Positions 38,820-47,831 of a stretch of DNA of 64,000 bases are shown here, in pieces. This DNA comes from a virus. Taxonomy: Duplodnaviria > Caudoviricetes. Location: IMG/VR virus record IMGVR_UViG_3300028909_000001; one strand, given 5' to 3'. Made by a program: the position numbers and the translations under genes. The notes under the pieces were generated by a model. That model made no database searches. It was not told the origin of the DNA and saw only the letters and a program-made list of their open reading frames with translations. Each line of letters begins with the position of its first letter. Within the stretch, counting starts at the first letter, position 1.

Positions 38820-39362
38820 ATGAATAAAGTACCTATTACTAAAACCGCCCTACAAGCACTTTCAACTCCTACTAAAGATGTGATTGACAAGGCTTCACCA
38901 CTAATTAAACGCTTTGCTGAAATTATCATGGGTTATTATAGCCCTGAAGAACCAGCTGTTTTTGAGTCTGAAGGAGATAAGACAGTCCAAGCTTTGTTTG
39001 ATAAATGGCCTAAAGATGATACTACTTTGCGGCTAGCTGAATTGACTGAGGCTATTTACGGATATAAGCCTGTTGTTAAAGATAATAAGACGATTAAATT
39101 TGGAGAATTGATTAAGTACAATAGTGACGTCTATGTAACTGTGCATAGTGATAGTAATAGTTTTTATGTTGCTTCAGTGAATGGAGCAAATTGTCTACGT
39201 CTATATCCAAATAATGCTATTAATAAAGTTACGGCTGCTGAAGCTGGTATTTTTGTTAAAGAATTCTTGAAAGTTAAACCTAGTATATTACTTACTACGC
39301 TAGGTAAGGTAGCTATCAGTATTGTTTTAGAGTTTTTGGAACAGGTTGGAGATAATATTTAA
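38820..39362 (+). CDS. Hypothetical protein
   Basis: 180-aa ORF after a G-poor leader. Confidence 0.65.
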   Translation: MNKVPITKTALQALSTPTKDVIDKASPLIKRFAEIIMGYYSPEEPAVFESEGDKTVQALFDKWPKDDTTLRLAELTEAIYGYKPVVKDNKTIKFGELIKYNSDVYVTVHSDSNSFYVASVNGANCLRLYPNNAINKVTAAEAGIFVKEFLKVKPSILLTTLGKVAISIVLEFLEQVGDNI

Positions 39363-39368
39363 TCTAGT

Positions 39369-39444
39369 TGGTGTGTAGCTCAATTGGTAGAGCAATCGAT
39401 TGTTACTCGATAGGTTCTTGGTCCGACTCCAAGCACACCAGCCA
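39369..39444 (+). tRNA. tRNA-Asn(GTT)
   Basis: TGGTGTG/CACACCA, ATCGA-TTGTTAC-TCGAT, CCA. Confidence 0.9.
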
Positions 39445-39449
39445 ACATT

Positions 39450-39593
39450 TGCTAGGTAGTTTAATATTATGTGTTATAATGATGACTTCAATAGACTATC
39501 TGCTAGCGTAGTTGCGACCCATTATTAAACGCACTTGTAAAACCACAGCTTTCTAAGCTGTTGATGTCGTGTCAAGAACGACCCTGGCTGTCA
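39450..39593 (+). ncRNA. tRNA-Arg(TCT)-like RNA with a 71-nt insertion in the D-loop
   Basis: GCTAGG/CCTGGC acceptor, GTTT/AAAC D-stem split by 39466-39536, ACAGC-TTTCTAA-GCTGT, GTCGT/ACGAC T-stem, TCA end. Confidence 0.55.
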
Positions 39594-39597
39594 ATTT

Positions 39598-39780
39598 ATG
39601 AATGAACAACAACGTAAGAAAAAACTAGTAGATGTAATAAATCTGGTTGATGATGAACTTAGACTAGTTATCAAAGCAACTTATGCTAAAGAGCGTACAA
39701 CTGAGGAAAGACTAGCAATTGCAGATATAATAGAGGCTCAAGGCCGACTATTAGATGCACAGTCACGTCTCGAAAAATAA
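39598..39780 (+). CDS. Small helical hypothetical protein
   Basis: 60-aa ORF. Confidence 0.55.
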   Translation: MNEQQRKKKLVDVINLVDDELRLVIKATYAKERTTEERLAIADIIEAQGRLLDAQSRLEK

Positions 39781-39786
39781 ACTTTT

Positions 39787-39861
39787 GCGGGAGGGTAGGT
39801 TAGATCTACAGAAGTCTCATAAGCTTCTTTAAACTAGGTGCAATTCCTAGTCTCCGCACCC
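39787..39861 (+). tRNA. tRNA-Met/Ile2(CAT)
   Basis: GCGGGAG/TCTCCGC, CTCATAA loop, T-loop TGCAATT, CCA. Confidence 0.8.
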
Positions 39862-39869
39862 ATTTAAAT

Positions 39870-40295
39870 ATGAACCATAACCTTTGTCCTAACTGTAATA
39901 ATACTGGAAAATATCTTGAATACTTTGATTCTTTCTATTGTCCTGACTGTGATAACTGGCTTGAACCAATTTGTGAGGATAAAGAATGTAGATATTGTAG
40001 TGATAGGCCGGAAAAGCCTAGTTTACAATTTTTACCTAATAAAAAGACTTATTCTGACTTAATAGGTGATTTAATGGAATATAATCATTTCGTAGCTCTA
40101 ACCGTATCTGGTTCTATAATAACTGAAGATGGTTATGTCGAATCTGTATTTATTGATGGTATTCATAGACCGGAGATATATATTGAGGGTGGCTGGACAT
40201 TGGAACCGGATAGTAAATTTTATAAACACTACGAATTATTAGAGTTGGGTAAAGCATTTCCTGATAAGGTAATTCAATTAGAATGGTGTACCTAG
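39870..40295 (+). CDS. Hypothetical protein with N-terminal zinc-finger-like Cys cluster
   Basis: CPNC...CPDC...C...CRYC. Confidence 0.6.
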   Translation: MNHNLCPNCNNTGKYLEYFDSFYCPDCDNWLEPICEDKECRYCSDRPEKPSLQFLPNKKTYSDLIGDLMEYNHFVALTVSGSIITEDGYVESVFIDGIHRPEIYIEGGWTLEPDSKFYKHYELLELGKAFPDKVIQLEWCT

Positions 40296-40296
40296 T

Positions 40297-40704
40297 ATGA
40301 CAATAACTAAAAGAGACGATAGATGGTATGATGAACGAGGTAATAGCTGGGATACTGAAGAAGCAGCTACTTTATACTCACCTACCCTAACCGATTGTAC
40401 TAATTGTTATAATTGTTATAGTTGTACTAATTGTAGTCATTGTAGTAGTAGTTGTATTAATTGTAAAGATTGTAGTAGTTGTAGAGATTGTTATAATTGT
40501 AGTAATTGTAGTAGTTGTAGAGATTGTTATTATTGTAGTAATTGTATTAATTGTAATAGTTGTAGAAGATGTAGTCGTTGTGATAGCTGTAGTGATTGTA
40601 GTGAGTGTATTGGTTGTAATGACTGGACTAATAATAAGAAATATGAACCAGTAATTAGACCATTTATAGATTGTAGAGATAGACTATTAGACCCTTATTT
40701 ATGA
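40297..40704 (+). CDS. Cys-repeat family protein, copy 5 (RLLDPYL)
   Basis: Family architecture. Confidence 0.85.
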   Translation: MTITKRDDRWYDERGNSWDTEEAATLYSPTLTDCTNCYNCYSCTNCSHCSSSCINCKDCSSCRDCYNCSNCSSCRDCYYCSNCINCNSCRRCSRCDSCSDCSECIGCNDWTNNKKYEPVIRPFIDCRDRLLDPYL

Positions 40705-41078
40705 ATTCCAAATTTGAACAATTATTACGAACTAAAGGCTGGGTAGTTGAAAATAACAATATTTATGTCAAGGATTACCATTTTATATTGAATAATATGG
40801 ATAAGTTAGTATCCATCAATGTATACTTTTCAGGCTATACCAATGATGGATTTCCCAAGTTTGCTAGATATTCAGCTTTAAATAAATCAAGTATCTATTT
40901 ATCCAAAGCTAATGCATATACTATAATTAAGAGTAAAGATAGAATTATATTAATGTTGGATCTAGCTGGGCAAGAATGTGCTATTAAATTTTTAATGTAT
41001 AGTGAAGCAGTCCATACACTTATGCATCAAGCTAAACTAATATTGGACCAAGCTAATCAAACTTATGCAAGTATCTAG
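40701..41078 (+). CDS. Hypothetical protein
   Basis: 125-aa ORF. Confidence 0.55.
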   Translation: MNSKFEQLLRTKGWVVENNNIYVKDYHFILNNMDKLVSINVYFSGYTNDGFPKFARYSALNKSSIYLSKANAYTIIKSKDRIILMLDLAGQECAIKFLMYSEAVHTLMHQAKLILDQANQTYASI

Positions 41079-41808
41079 TAATAAGCAAAGAGTGTTAGTA
41101 CTATCAGATGTTCATCAAGATATAGCTAGACTAAGATATATTTTAACCCACGAAGACTACGATTTTATAGTTAATTTAGGGGATTTGTTTGATTCATTTG
41201 ATTATAGGAGAGAAGATGATATAGTAGATACTTGTAAATTCATAACTGAGTATATAGATAATCCTAACTATATTTCACTTCAAGGCAATCATGACCTACA
41301 TTATCTATACAGTAGTCCTATGACTTGGTGCTCTGGTTATCATAAAAATAAAGAGAAAGTAATTAATAGGTACTTTAAACAGGATAAAATAGAAGTAAGA
41401 AAGAAGTTTCGATGGTATTGTTGGATAGATGACTTTCTTTGTACCCATGCTGGACTACATCCTTATTACCTAAGCCCTATGCAATCTTTAAATAAGGAAG
41501 AGTTATCAATTTGGTTAGACAATGAAAGTAAGAAGGCTGAAACTAATTTACTCATAGAACAACCTCATTGGTTTTATAGTGCTGGAAAAGCTAGAGGTGG
41601 TAGAGCTAGTGTAGGAGGGATTGTTTGGTTAGATTTTAATCAAGAATTTGTAGCAATAGATGGCCTAAATCAGTTATGCGGTCATACTCCTTACAATAAC
41701 ATAACTCAATACAAGAATACTAATAGTTATGATATTGATTGTCATGTAGCTCAATATCTTATAATACAGAATGGTAAGTTAGAAATTAAAGACTATGTAG
41801 ATTTATGA
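41065..41808 (+). CDS. Calcineurin-like metallophosphoesterase
   Basis: SDVH, GDLFD, GNHD, THAG, CGHT. Confidence 0.85.
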   Translation: MQVSSNKQRVLVLSDVHQDIARLRYILTHEDYDFIVNLGDLFDSFDYRREDDIVDTCKFITEYIDNPNYISLQGNHDLHYLYSSPMTWCSGYHKNKEKVINRYFKQDKIEVRKKFRWYCWIDDFLCTHAGLHPYYLSPMQSLNKEELSIWLDNESKKAETNLLIEQPHWFYSAGKARGGRASVGGIVWLDFNQEFVAIDGLNQLCGHTPYNNITQYKNTNSYDIDCHVAQYLIIQNGKLEIKDYVDL

Positions 41809-41993
41809 AATATTTCGTCACTTATAAAGAGGCTAACTATCCTAAAACTTGGACTTGTTCTAATGAACCTGCTTGGGAATCTAGTTTTCGTGAATTCAAT
41901 AATCTTAAAGATGCCGAAGATCTGATAAATGGTATAATTAATCAAACTGAATATTTTAAAGATATTAATTTATCTGTTGCAGTAGTTATGTAA
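41805..41993 (+). CDS. Small hypothetical protein
   Basis: 62-aa ORF. Confidence 0.5.
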   Translation: MKYFVTYKEANYPKTWTCSNEPAWESSFREFNNLKDAEDLINGIINQTEYFKDINLSVAVVM

Positions 41994-41996
41994 TTT

Positions 41997-42083
41997 GGCA
42001 GCATCGCATAATGGTATTGCCCCTCATTTGAAGTGAGAGTGCGGGTAACACCGGTGAGGGTTCGAGTCCTTCTGCTGCCTCCA
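41997..42083 (+). tRNA. tRNA-Ser(TGA)
   Basis: TTTGAAG loop, long variable arm, TTCGAGT, CCA. Confidence 0.88.
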
Positions 42084-42089
42084 ATTTAA

Positions 42090-42163
42090 CCAGATATAGC
42101 GTAATAGTAGCGTACAAGCCCTGGGAGCTTGTGGTGTCTGTGCAACTCAGACTATCTGGACCA
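42090..42163 (+). tRNA. tRNA-Pro(TGG)
   Basis: CCAGATA/TATCTGG, CAAGC-CCTGGGA-GCTTG, T-loop TGCAACT, CCA. Confidence 0.82.
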
Positions 42164-42166
42164 TTA

Positions 42167-42456
42167 TTTACTAGTTACCGGGTCCGAAACTGTCCTTAAC
42201 CAGACAAAGTAGGTACCAAATACAGATAGAGAACTGTAGTCAACAACGCACACTTAGTAAATGGAGTGTGGACGGAAATGAGCCAGGGAATCTGGATGAT
42301 ACCGTGCAGCCAACAACTTAGTAATAAGTCTGTGGACATGATAGGTGAAGGTCAGGATAACAACCTGGACAAGTCCTAAAGGGTTATGTAAATAGTATAG
42401 CAATATACAGCCCAGTACCTTGAAATATAGGTGTGTTGAGCCTGGTAATTAGTAAA
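42167..42456 (+). ncRNA. Unassigned structured RNA, about 290 nt
   Basis: 17-bp closing helix TTTACTAGTTACCGGGT/GCCTGGTAATTAGTAAA, many internal stems, GNRA tetraloops, no ORF in track. Confidence 0.7.
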
Positions 42457-42460
42457 ACAT

Positions 42461-42534
42461 ACACACGTAATTTAATAGTAGAATATTTGCCTGATTAGCG
42501 AATTGTACTTGTGCAACTCAAGTCGTGTGTACCA
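42461..42534 (+). tRNA. tRNA-Ile(GAT)
   Basis: ACACACG/CGTGTGT, TTTGC-CTGATTA-GCGAA, T-loop TGCAACT, CCA. Confidence 0.85.
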
Positions 42535-42559
42535 ATTTAAACGAACAAAACAAACATCC

Positions 42560-42871
42560 ATGAACAAATTTAATACAACAATGATAAAATTTATTCCAGC
42601 AATGGTAACATTAGCAGTATTATACTTTATTGCTGCTATTTTCGTTGGTTATTATACGGCAAACAGAGACAAACTACTTCAAAAGCAGAGAGAAGAACAA
42701 TATAAAGTGATATTAATAAATGCATATCTCACAGGTTATGAAGATGCACAAGATGTTTATGGTAAGATGATTAAGAATGAATTCCATAATCATACTGACT
42801 TAACAAATTATTCACAAACAGCCTATGATAACTTTTGTACTAACACAGTGAATAAGTATCCGTTACCATGA
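42560..42871 (+). CDS. Membrane-anchored hypothetical protein
   Basis: N-terminal hydrophobic helix. Confidence 0.6.
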   Translation: MNKFNTTMIKFIPAMVTLAVLYFIAAIFVGYYTANRDKLLQKQREEQYKVILINAYLTGYEDAQDVYGKMIKNEFHNHTDLTNYSQTAYDNFCTNTVNKYPLP

Positions 42872-43203
42872 AAAAGACAACTATTAATGTAATAATGGGC
42901 TTAAAAGTGATGGACGACCTTATGCACGCAACTGGTGTGTTTGAATCTTTTAAGAGATTTGGCGAACATCAAGTTATAGAGTATGAAATGCAGAAAAGTG
43001 AACCAGATTTAGATTTCATAACCAGGTTTAAAGAATCAGCTGAAAAAGAAGGCTATATAATTACAGCTATCTGGGTAGGTGAAAATCCTCAAGTCAATTT
43101 AGTGGATTGGTCAATTAAAGCAATTAGTGATGGACAAAAATGGAGTATGTTAGAACCATATTTAAACCATTTCGGTATACAAAAACAAGAAAAAACTATA
43201 TAA
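42868..43203 (+). CDS. Hypothetical protein
   Basis: 111-aa ORF. Confidence 0.55.
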   Translation: MKKTTINVIMGLKVMDDLMHATGVFESFKRFGEHQVIEYEMQKSEPDLDFITRFKESAEKEGYIITAIWVGENPQVNLVDWSIKAISDGQKWSMLEPYLNHFGIQKQEKTI

Positions 43204-43210
43204 TTAAAAT

Positions 43211-43507
43211 ATGAACGCTACTGAACTATTAGATAAGTTTGAAAAAGAACTCCCCAATCTAGGAACTTGGTACTGGACTGAAAAGACAGGCTCCAAACCT
43301 AGAATATTAGTATGCATCACTAAAATGCTTAAAGCAGGGCTGGAAGAAGAAACTGTTAAAGATATTATTATTAGTATGATGTATACTGGTTATGTAGAGC
43401 ATGAAAGACAGGTTAAAGCCGAGACTGGTTTAAGTGTAGAAAAGTTTATGCAGAAAAAGCTTGAATCTTTGCCTGTTGAACAAGAACATTGTCTTACTAA
43501 CGAATAA
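43211..43507 (+). CDS. Hypothetical protein
   Basis: 98-aa ORF. Confidence 0.55.
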   Translation: MNATELLDKFEKELPNLGTWYWTEKTGSKPRILVCITKMLKAGLEEETVKDIIISMMYTGYVEHERQVKAETGLSVEKFMQKKLESLPVEQEHCLTNE

Positions 43508-43513
43508 TTTAAT

Positions 43514-43589
43514 CCGGTTCTGGTGTAGTAGGTCTGCACGCTTGACTGAAAATCAAGAGGTCGTTTTTCGATTAAACGGAACCGGGCCA
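43514..43589 (+). tRNA. tRNA-Phe(GAA)
   Basis: CCGGTTC/GAACCGG, CTTGA-CTGAAAA-TCAAG, TTCGATT, CCA. Confidence 0.9.
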
Positions 43590-43600
43590 ACCTATAATTT

Positions 43601-43909
43601 ATGCTGCAAAAACTGCCAAAAAGCGTAGGTGATTCCATTACTTTGGGTTCTTTAATATGTATAGGAATTGCCCCAACTAGTAATTCTTCTTTTGTTCCAT
43701 TTGCCTCTTTCGAAAGAGATGGAGAGTTAATTAGTTATGAAATAAAGAATCAAGCGTTAATAGATCAGTTATCTGATACCTTAACCGATATGCTTATGTC
43801 TAATATGAAAGACATTGACGTTAGAATTGATTATAAGTATGTAGTAAAAGCAGGTTACATAGAATTACTCTATAATAACAACACTATAGAAATTCAAAAT
43901 GAAAACTAA
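43601..43909 (+). CDS. Hypothetical protein
   Basis: 102-aa ORF. Confidence 0.55.
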   Translation: MLQKLPKSVGDSITLGSLICIGIAPTSNSSFVPFASFERDGELISYEIKNQALIDQLSDTLTDMLMSNMKDIDVRIDYKYVVKAGYIELLYNNNTIEIQNEN

Positions 43910-44244
43910 AATAAACACTAGTACTCTACCTAGTCTGGCTCTTCTTTCTATATTAGGTGAGGATGCAATAAAAATATTAATAACTCATGCTTTAGATAAA
44001 AAAAGAAGATGAGAAGCATATATTTGATATTGACCTTAAAATTGATGGTAAAGAGTATGATTTTCTTGTGTTGGTAGAACAATATCAAAAAAATCTGGAG
44101 CGTATGATCGATCTTGAAGTTAATAGCAGACTTGAATCTAAGTTTAATGAGCTAACCGACAAGTTATCTTTTATATCTAGCATGTTTGATGCAGCTAAGG
44201 CAAAAATTAAGAGTGAACTTAATTTAACTGAGGATGATTATTGA
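43899..44244 (+). pseudogene. ORF split by a frameshift at an A7 run
   Basis: Removing one A from 43998-44004 gives a continuous 114-aa ORF MKTKIN...LDKK-EDEKH...TEDDY. Confidence 0.6.
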
Positions 44245-44252
44245 TAGTTAAT

Positions 44253-44326
44253 GGGGGATTAAGCTAGTAGTAGACGCAGGCTTTTACACAGCCTGAGGAT
44301 TGGTGCGATTCCAATATCCCCTACCA
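44253..44326 (+). tRNA. tRNA-Val(TAC)
   Basis: GGGGGAT/ATCCCCT, TTTACAC loop, T-loop TGCGATT, CCA. Confidence 0.82.
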
Positions 44327-44331
44327 TTTAT

Positions 44332-44643
44332 ATGCCTACAAAAATACAAGATTGTAAAGGTTTATCTGTTTGTATTAATAATCATGTCTTCAAATCTAAT
44401 GAGGTTAGATTAATACCATTTAGTGCTGCTGAAAAAGAATGTAAATGTGTTCTTTATACTGATAGTGACTATGTTATAAAAAGACGAGAGCCAGTAGATC
44501 TAGAATTTCCTGGATTTTTATTAGCTTGTCCAGTCTGTAATGTTATTCAGATAGACGGTTTTAGAAATGCCCCTACTAATTCAACACCAATAAAAGGTGT
44601 TGATAATACAATACCTGAGAGGAGATTAGAAATAGATTTATGA
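44332..44643 (+). CDS. Tagged hypothetical protein (RRLEIDL)
   Basis: 103-aa ORF with Cys pairs, ends in tag. Confidence 0.7.
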   Translation: MPTKIQDCKGLSVCINNHVFKSNEVRLIPFSAAEKECKCVLYTDSDYVIKRREPVDLEFPGFLLACPVCNVIQIDGFRNAPTNSTPIKGVDNTIPERRLEIDL

Positions 44644-44858
44644 ATTTAGAAGCAGCTATAAACAAGATAAAAGGCAAGACTATCTATGTCTGGGTGCCTT
44701 ATAATAGAATAGATCAATGTGCAGTTGAAGTTGACTATGTTAGTGCAGTTAATTGGTTAAAACACGTATATAAAGAAGAGAATGATATTGATCCAATACT
44801 AATCTCTGATCTTAATAAAGATGTTGTGTTAGGGAATGTACAAAGATTGTTGTTATGA
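44640..44858 (+). CDS. Small hypothetical protein
   Basis: 72-aa ORF, ATGA overlaps. Confidence 0.5.
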   Translation: MNLEAAINKIKGKTIYVWVPYNRIDQCAVEVDYVSAVNWLKHVYKEENDIDPILISDLNKDVVLGNVQRLLL

Positions 44859-45058
44859 GTGATGAGCCCAAACCAGTAAATATGGATAAACTTAGGGAAG
44901 CTGTGGAGTATTGTGATTTGCAAGGTAACTGTGATTACGATAATAGTATAGTTCAAGGATATGCTGGTAACTATTTGGAAGAAGTAATTAAGACTTATGA
45001 ACGTGGAGATGAACAGTGGCCTATTCCTCATCCTTTGATTAAAGTACAACCGTTTTAG
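44855..45058 (+). CDS. Small hypothetical protein
   Basis: 67-aa ORF. Confidence 0.5.
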   Translation: MSDEPKPVNMDKLREAVEYCDLQGNCDYDNSIVQGYAGNYLEEVIKTYERGDEQWPIPHPLIKVQPF

Positions 45059-45069
45059 TAAATTTAGCA

Positions 45070-45140
45070 GGCAGACGAACTTAGGTTCAGCTAACTCTCA
45101 TAAGGTAAGTGGCTGAGTGCAAATCTCAGGTTTGCCACCA
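45070..45140 (+). tRNA. Degenerate tRNA(CAT)
   Basis: GGCAGAC/GTTTGCC, CTCATAA loop in weak stem, short D arm, T-loop TGCAAAT, CCA. Confidence 0.6.
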
Positions 45141-45205
45141 TAATTCACACAATTAAATTTGTGATAGGGCAGGCTTAAATTAGCTTGCAAAACAACAGAA
45201 AATAA

Positions 45206-45442
45206 ATGAATACAAATAATACAAATACAGAAGTTAGTCATCCTTCACCTACTGTCGAAAGTTTGATGGATGAACAAAATTCCACTTGTTGCATTGATAG
45301 TTATAAAGGGAGACCTACTTTTGCTATTAATAAAGAAAGTCCATATCCTTTTAGTTTTGGTCTATTAAAAGCTAGATTAATTGTAAAACATATGGAGGCT
45401 TTGCAGAAGTTCGTAGAATCAGATGGTAGAAGCTTGGTTTAA
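45206..45442 (+). CDS. Hypothetical protein
   Basis: 78-aa ORF, YKG-x-P...YPFSFGL-x-KA. Confidence 0.6.
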   Translation: MNTNNTNTEVSHPSPTVESLMDEQNSTCCIDSYKGRPTFAINKESPYPFSFGLLKARLIVKHMEALQKFVESDGRSLV

Positions 45443-45448
45443 TATTTC

Positions 45449-45522
45449 GCTTCTGTAGTTTAAGAGTAAAACTCAGGTTTTGTAAACCTGGTATCCTGGT
45501 GCAAGTCCTGGCAGAAGCTCCA
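45449..45522 (+). tRNA. tRNA-Thr(TGT)
   Basis: GCTTCTG/CAGAAGC, CAGGT-TTTGTAA-ACCTG, T-loop TGCAAGT, CCA. Confidence 0.88.
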
Positions 45523-45527
45523 TTCCG

Positions 45528-45558
45528 AGGCAAGAATAACTATTATTCTTGCCTTTTA
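45528..45558 (+). terminator. Hairpin/terminator after tRNA-Thr
   Basis: AGGCAAGAATAA/TTATTCTTGCCT then T-run. Confidence 0.6.
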
Positions 45559-45562
45559 TTAT

Positions 45563-46015
45563 ATGAAGATAACAAAACGAGAAGATAGATGGTATGACGA
45601 AAACGGTAATAGTTGGTCTACAGAAGAACTAGCTACTAGATACTCTCCTACTCTAACCAATTGTAGTAATTGTAATAATTGTAATTATTGTAGAGATTGT
45701 AGTTATTGTAGTAGTTGTATTTATTCTAATGGTTGTAGTAGTTGTAGTGAGTGTAATGGTTGTAGGAATTCTCTTAATTGTATTAGTTGTAATTGGTGTA
45801 GTAGTTGTGGTAGTTGTAATAGTTGTATTAGTTGTAGTGTTTGTAGTCTTTGTAGAGATTGTACTTATTGTAGTAATTGTAATAATTGTAGAAAATGTGA
45901 AAATTGTTATTTCGTTAGTAGTCTTGAAAATTACGCCCCACTTCTTAAATTTGAACCATCTTCAACTAGACCAGAATTAGATATTAATGATAGAAAACTA
46001 GAACCAGACTTATGA
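45563..46015 (+). CDS. Cys-repeat family protein, copy 6 (RKLEPDL)
   Basis: Family architecture. Confidence 0.85.
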   Translation: MKITKREDRWYDENGNSWSTEELATRYSPTLTNCSNCNNCNYCRDCSYCSSCIYSNGCSSCSECNGCRNSLNCISCNWCSSCGSCNSCISCSVCSLCRDCTYCSNCNNCRKCENCYFVSSLENYAPLLKFEPSSTRPELDINDRKLEPDL

Positions 46016-46386
46016 CTTTAAGAGACATATTAGACAATGATTTAATTGAACGTATTAGAAACCATAACGAAAAAGAAGTAAACCCTGAATCTTCTAGATT
46101 TAGTTCGGATGCTGATTTAACCTTATTTCATAAATGGGCTTACAAAGTAGAGAAAGGTTGGTATGGATTTGATTTAGGTAATAAAGTCCCGTATTGCTGG
46201 GTACTTGCCATAGATAAAGTATTAAAAAAGATCGAAGAACTAGACCCAGAATTTACTATTCAACAAATAAAGTTAAAGTACGGTCAATTATGTTTCTATA
46301 TTGATTATAATAAGAACATAGATGAGATTAATCAATTAGCCAAGGAATTACTGGAATTATGTTGTAGTAGGCACTTAATTTATTAA
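46012..46386 (+). CDS. Hypothetical phage protein
   Basis: GWYG...QQIKLKYGQLCFY pattern. Confidence 0.6.
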   Translation: MTLRDILDNDLIERIRNHNEKEVNPESSRFSSDADLTLFHKWAYKVEKGWYGFDLGNKVPYCWVLAIDKVLKKIEELDPEFTIQQIKLKYGQLCFYIDYNKNIDEINQLAKELLELCCSRHLIY

Positions 46387-46425
46387 TTGCTAGTAAATGT
46401 AGTTTTATACCTTTAAAATATAAGT

Positions 46426-46707
46426 ATGAAGTTACCAAGGATTAATCGTTATATCCCTAAAGATACACCGGTAATTAAAGGTATGATTCTTAGAGGATTG
46501 TGTGACTATGAAGAAAAAGCAATATATATTAACCCCAAACAAAGTGATAAAGAACGGCTTATTACAGCATGCCACGAGTCAACACATTACTTATTTCCAT
46601 CTTTGACTGAAAAGAAAGTAGAAGAATACGGTTGTCTAATAGGTGAAGTGTTGTGGCGGTTAGGATATAGAAGCAGAATTAGAAAGAAACGAAAAGCTAG
46701 TATTTAA
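46426..46707 (+). CDS. Small HExxH zinc-metallopeptidase-like protein
   Basis: GLC...I-x-I...T-x-CHESTH...E. Confidence 0.55.
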   Translation: MKLPRINRYIPKDTPVIKGMILRGLCDYEEKAIYINPKQSDKERLITACHESTHYLFPSLTEKKVEEYGCLIGEVLWRLGYRSRIRKKRKASI

Positions 46708-46731
46708 TTTAAGCTTTAATATAATATCAGA

Positions 46732-47523
46732 ATGCGTGAAATGTATGATATTGTATTAAAGAAATCTATATTTATTTTAGATAAAAAGTTAATGTCGGTT
46801 AGTCGAGAACTTGGTCTGGATTATACTGCAGTCTCCAAACTTCTACACAAAGAACAATTCCACGTAGTTGGTAGATATATACTACCAGAGAATAAAGATA
46901 AGATATTTACTTTAGTTAATTATGATACTGGTGAAGAGTATGACTGTATAACTAATAAGAGTTTAAAACATCATTTTAATCAAGAACTTACAGAGAATGA
47001 AATTAAGTATGTATATGAATTATTATCTGGCAGGCAATATTTAGCTTCTATTTGTGATCGAGCTCTTATTAAGAAGGGTGTAATTAAAGATGGAAATTTC
47101 GTTAATATCAAAGCTTCTTCTATTAGATATAATAAGGAAAGAGAAGCACAGTTATATCGATGTACAACTGCCAGAGATTTGAGAGGCAGGTTGGCTAATA
47201 TAATACAAGCAGTAATAAATAAAAGAAAAAACTCAGCCATAAAATCATTAGTTGGTTGCACTTATAATGAATTAGCTCAACATCTATCTAATCGATTTAC
47301 TTCACAAATGACTTGGGGTAACTATGGAGAATGGGTAGTGGACCATATAATACCGTTGTCATTGTTCGATTTAAGTAATAAAGAAGAAGTATTAAGAGCT
47401 AATCACTATACTAATTTACAACCTTTATGGTCTTCTAAAAATATTGCTGAGAAATACGGTGAGTTTAATTATATCAGCAATAGTGAGAAGAATTGTAAGA
47501 ATATACTAGGCGGAAGAATTTAA
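46732..47523 (+). mobile_element. HNH homing-endonuclease-like gene
   Basis: MTWGNYGEWVVDHIIP...NHYTNLQPLW; abuts tRNA-Gln. Confidence 0.8.
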
Positions 47524-47524
47524 T

Positions 47525-47598
47525 TGGGATGTTGCATAATGGTAGTGCCAGGGTCTTTGGAGCCTTAGGTGAAGGTTCGATTCCTTCCATCCCAGCCA
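47525..47598 (+). tRNA. tRNA-Gln(TTG)
   Basis: TGGGATG/CATCCCA, CTTTGGA loop, TTCGATT, CCA. Confidence 0.9.
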
Positions 47599-47600
47599 TT

Positions 47601-47806
47601 TACAATATAAACGAAATCAAGTCACGTCAATATTAACTGAAGGTACGTTGCTCTGGCTCTATGTATCAACTAGAATAAGTTAATAAATCCCCGAAATTTA
47701 TAGAGATAAAGTACGGGCAGAACCTCATTGAAAGACCACCCTTTAAAGCAATTTTATTGTGTAGACTAGGTGGGAGTTAAGCTAGAGTTGTGCCTAGCAT
47801 ATTGTA
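47601..47806 (+). ncRNA. Candidate structured RNA, about 205 nt
   Basis: TACAATAT/ATATTGTA closing stem, internal CTCTAT/ATAGAG and CTAGGT/GCCTAG stems, no ORF in track. Confidence 0.35.
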
Positions 47807-47831
47807 TTTAAAACCATAAAACCATAAAACT

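Noticed and set aside
42167-42456. tmRNA, RNase P or SRP identity for the 290-nt RNA
   Set aside because: No tRNA-like CCA end or tag ORF, no GAGGAAAGUCC-type RNase P core, and the GCAGCCAA match to SRP lacks the surrounding helix 8.
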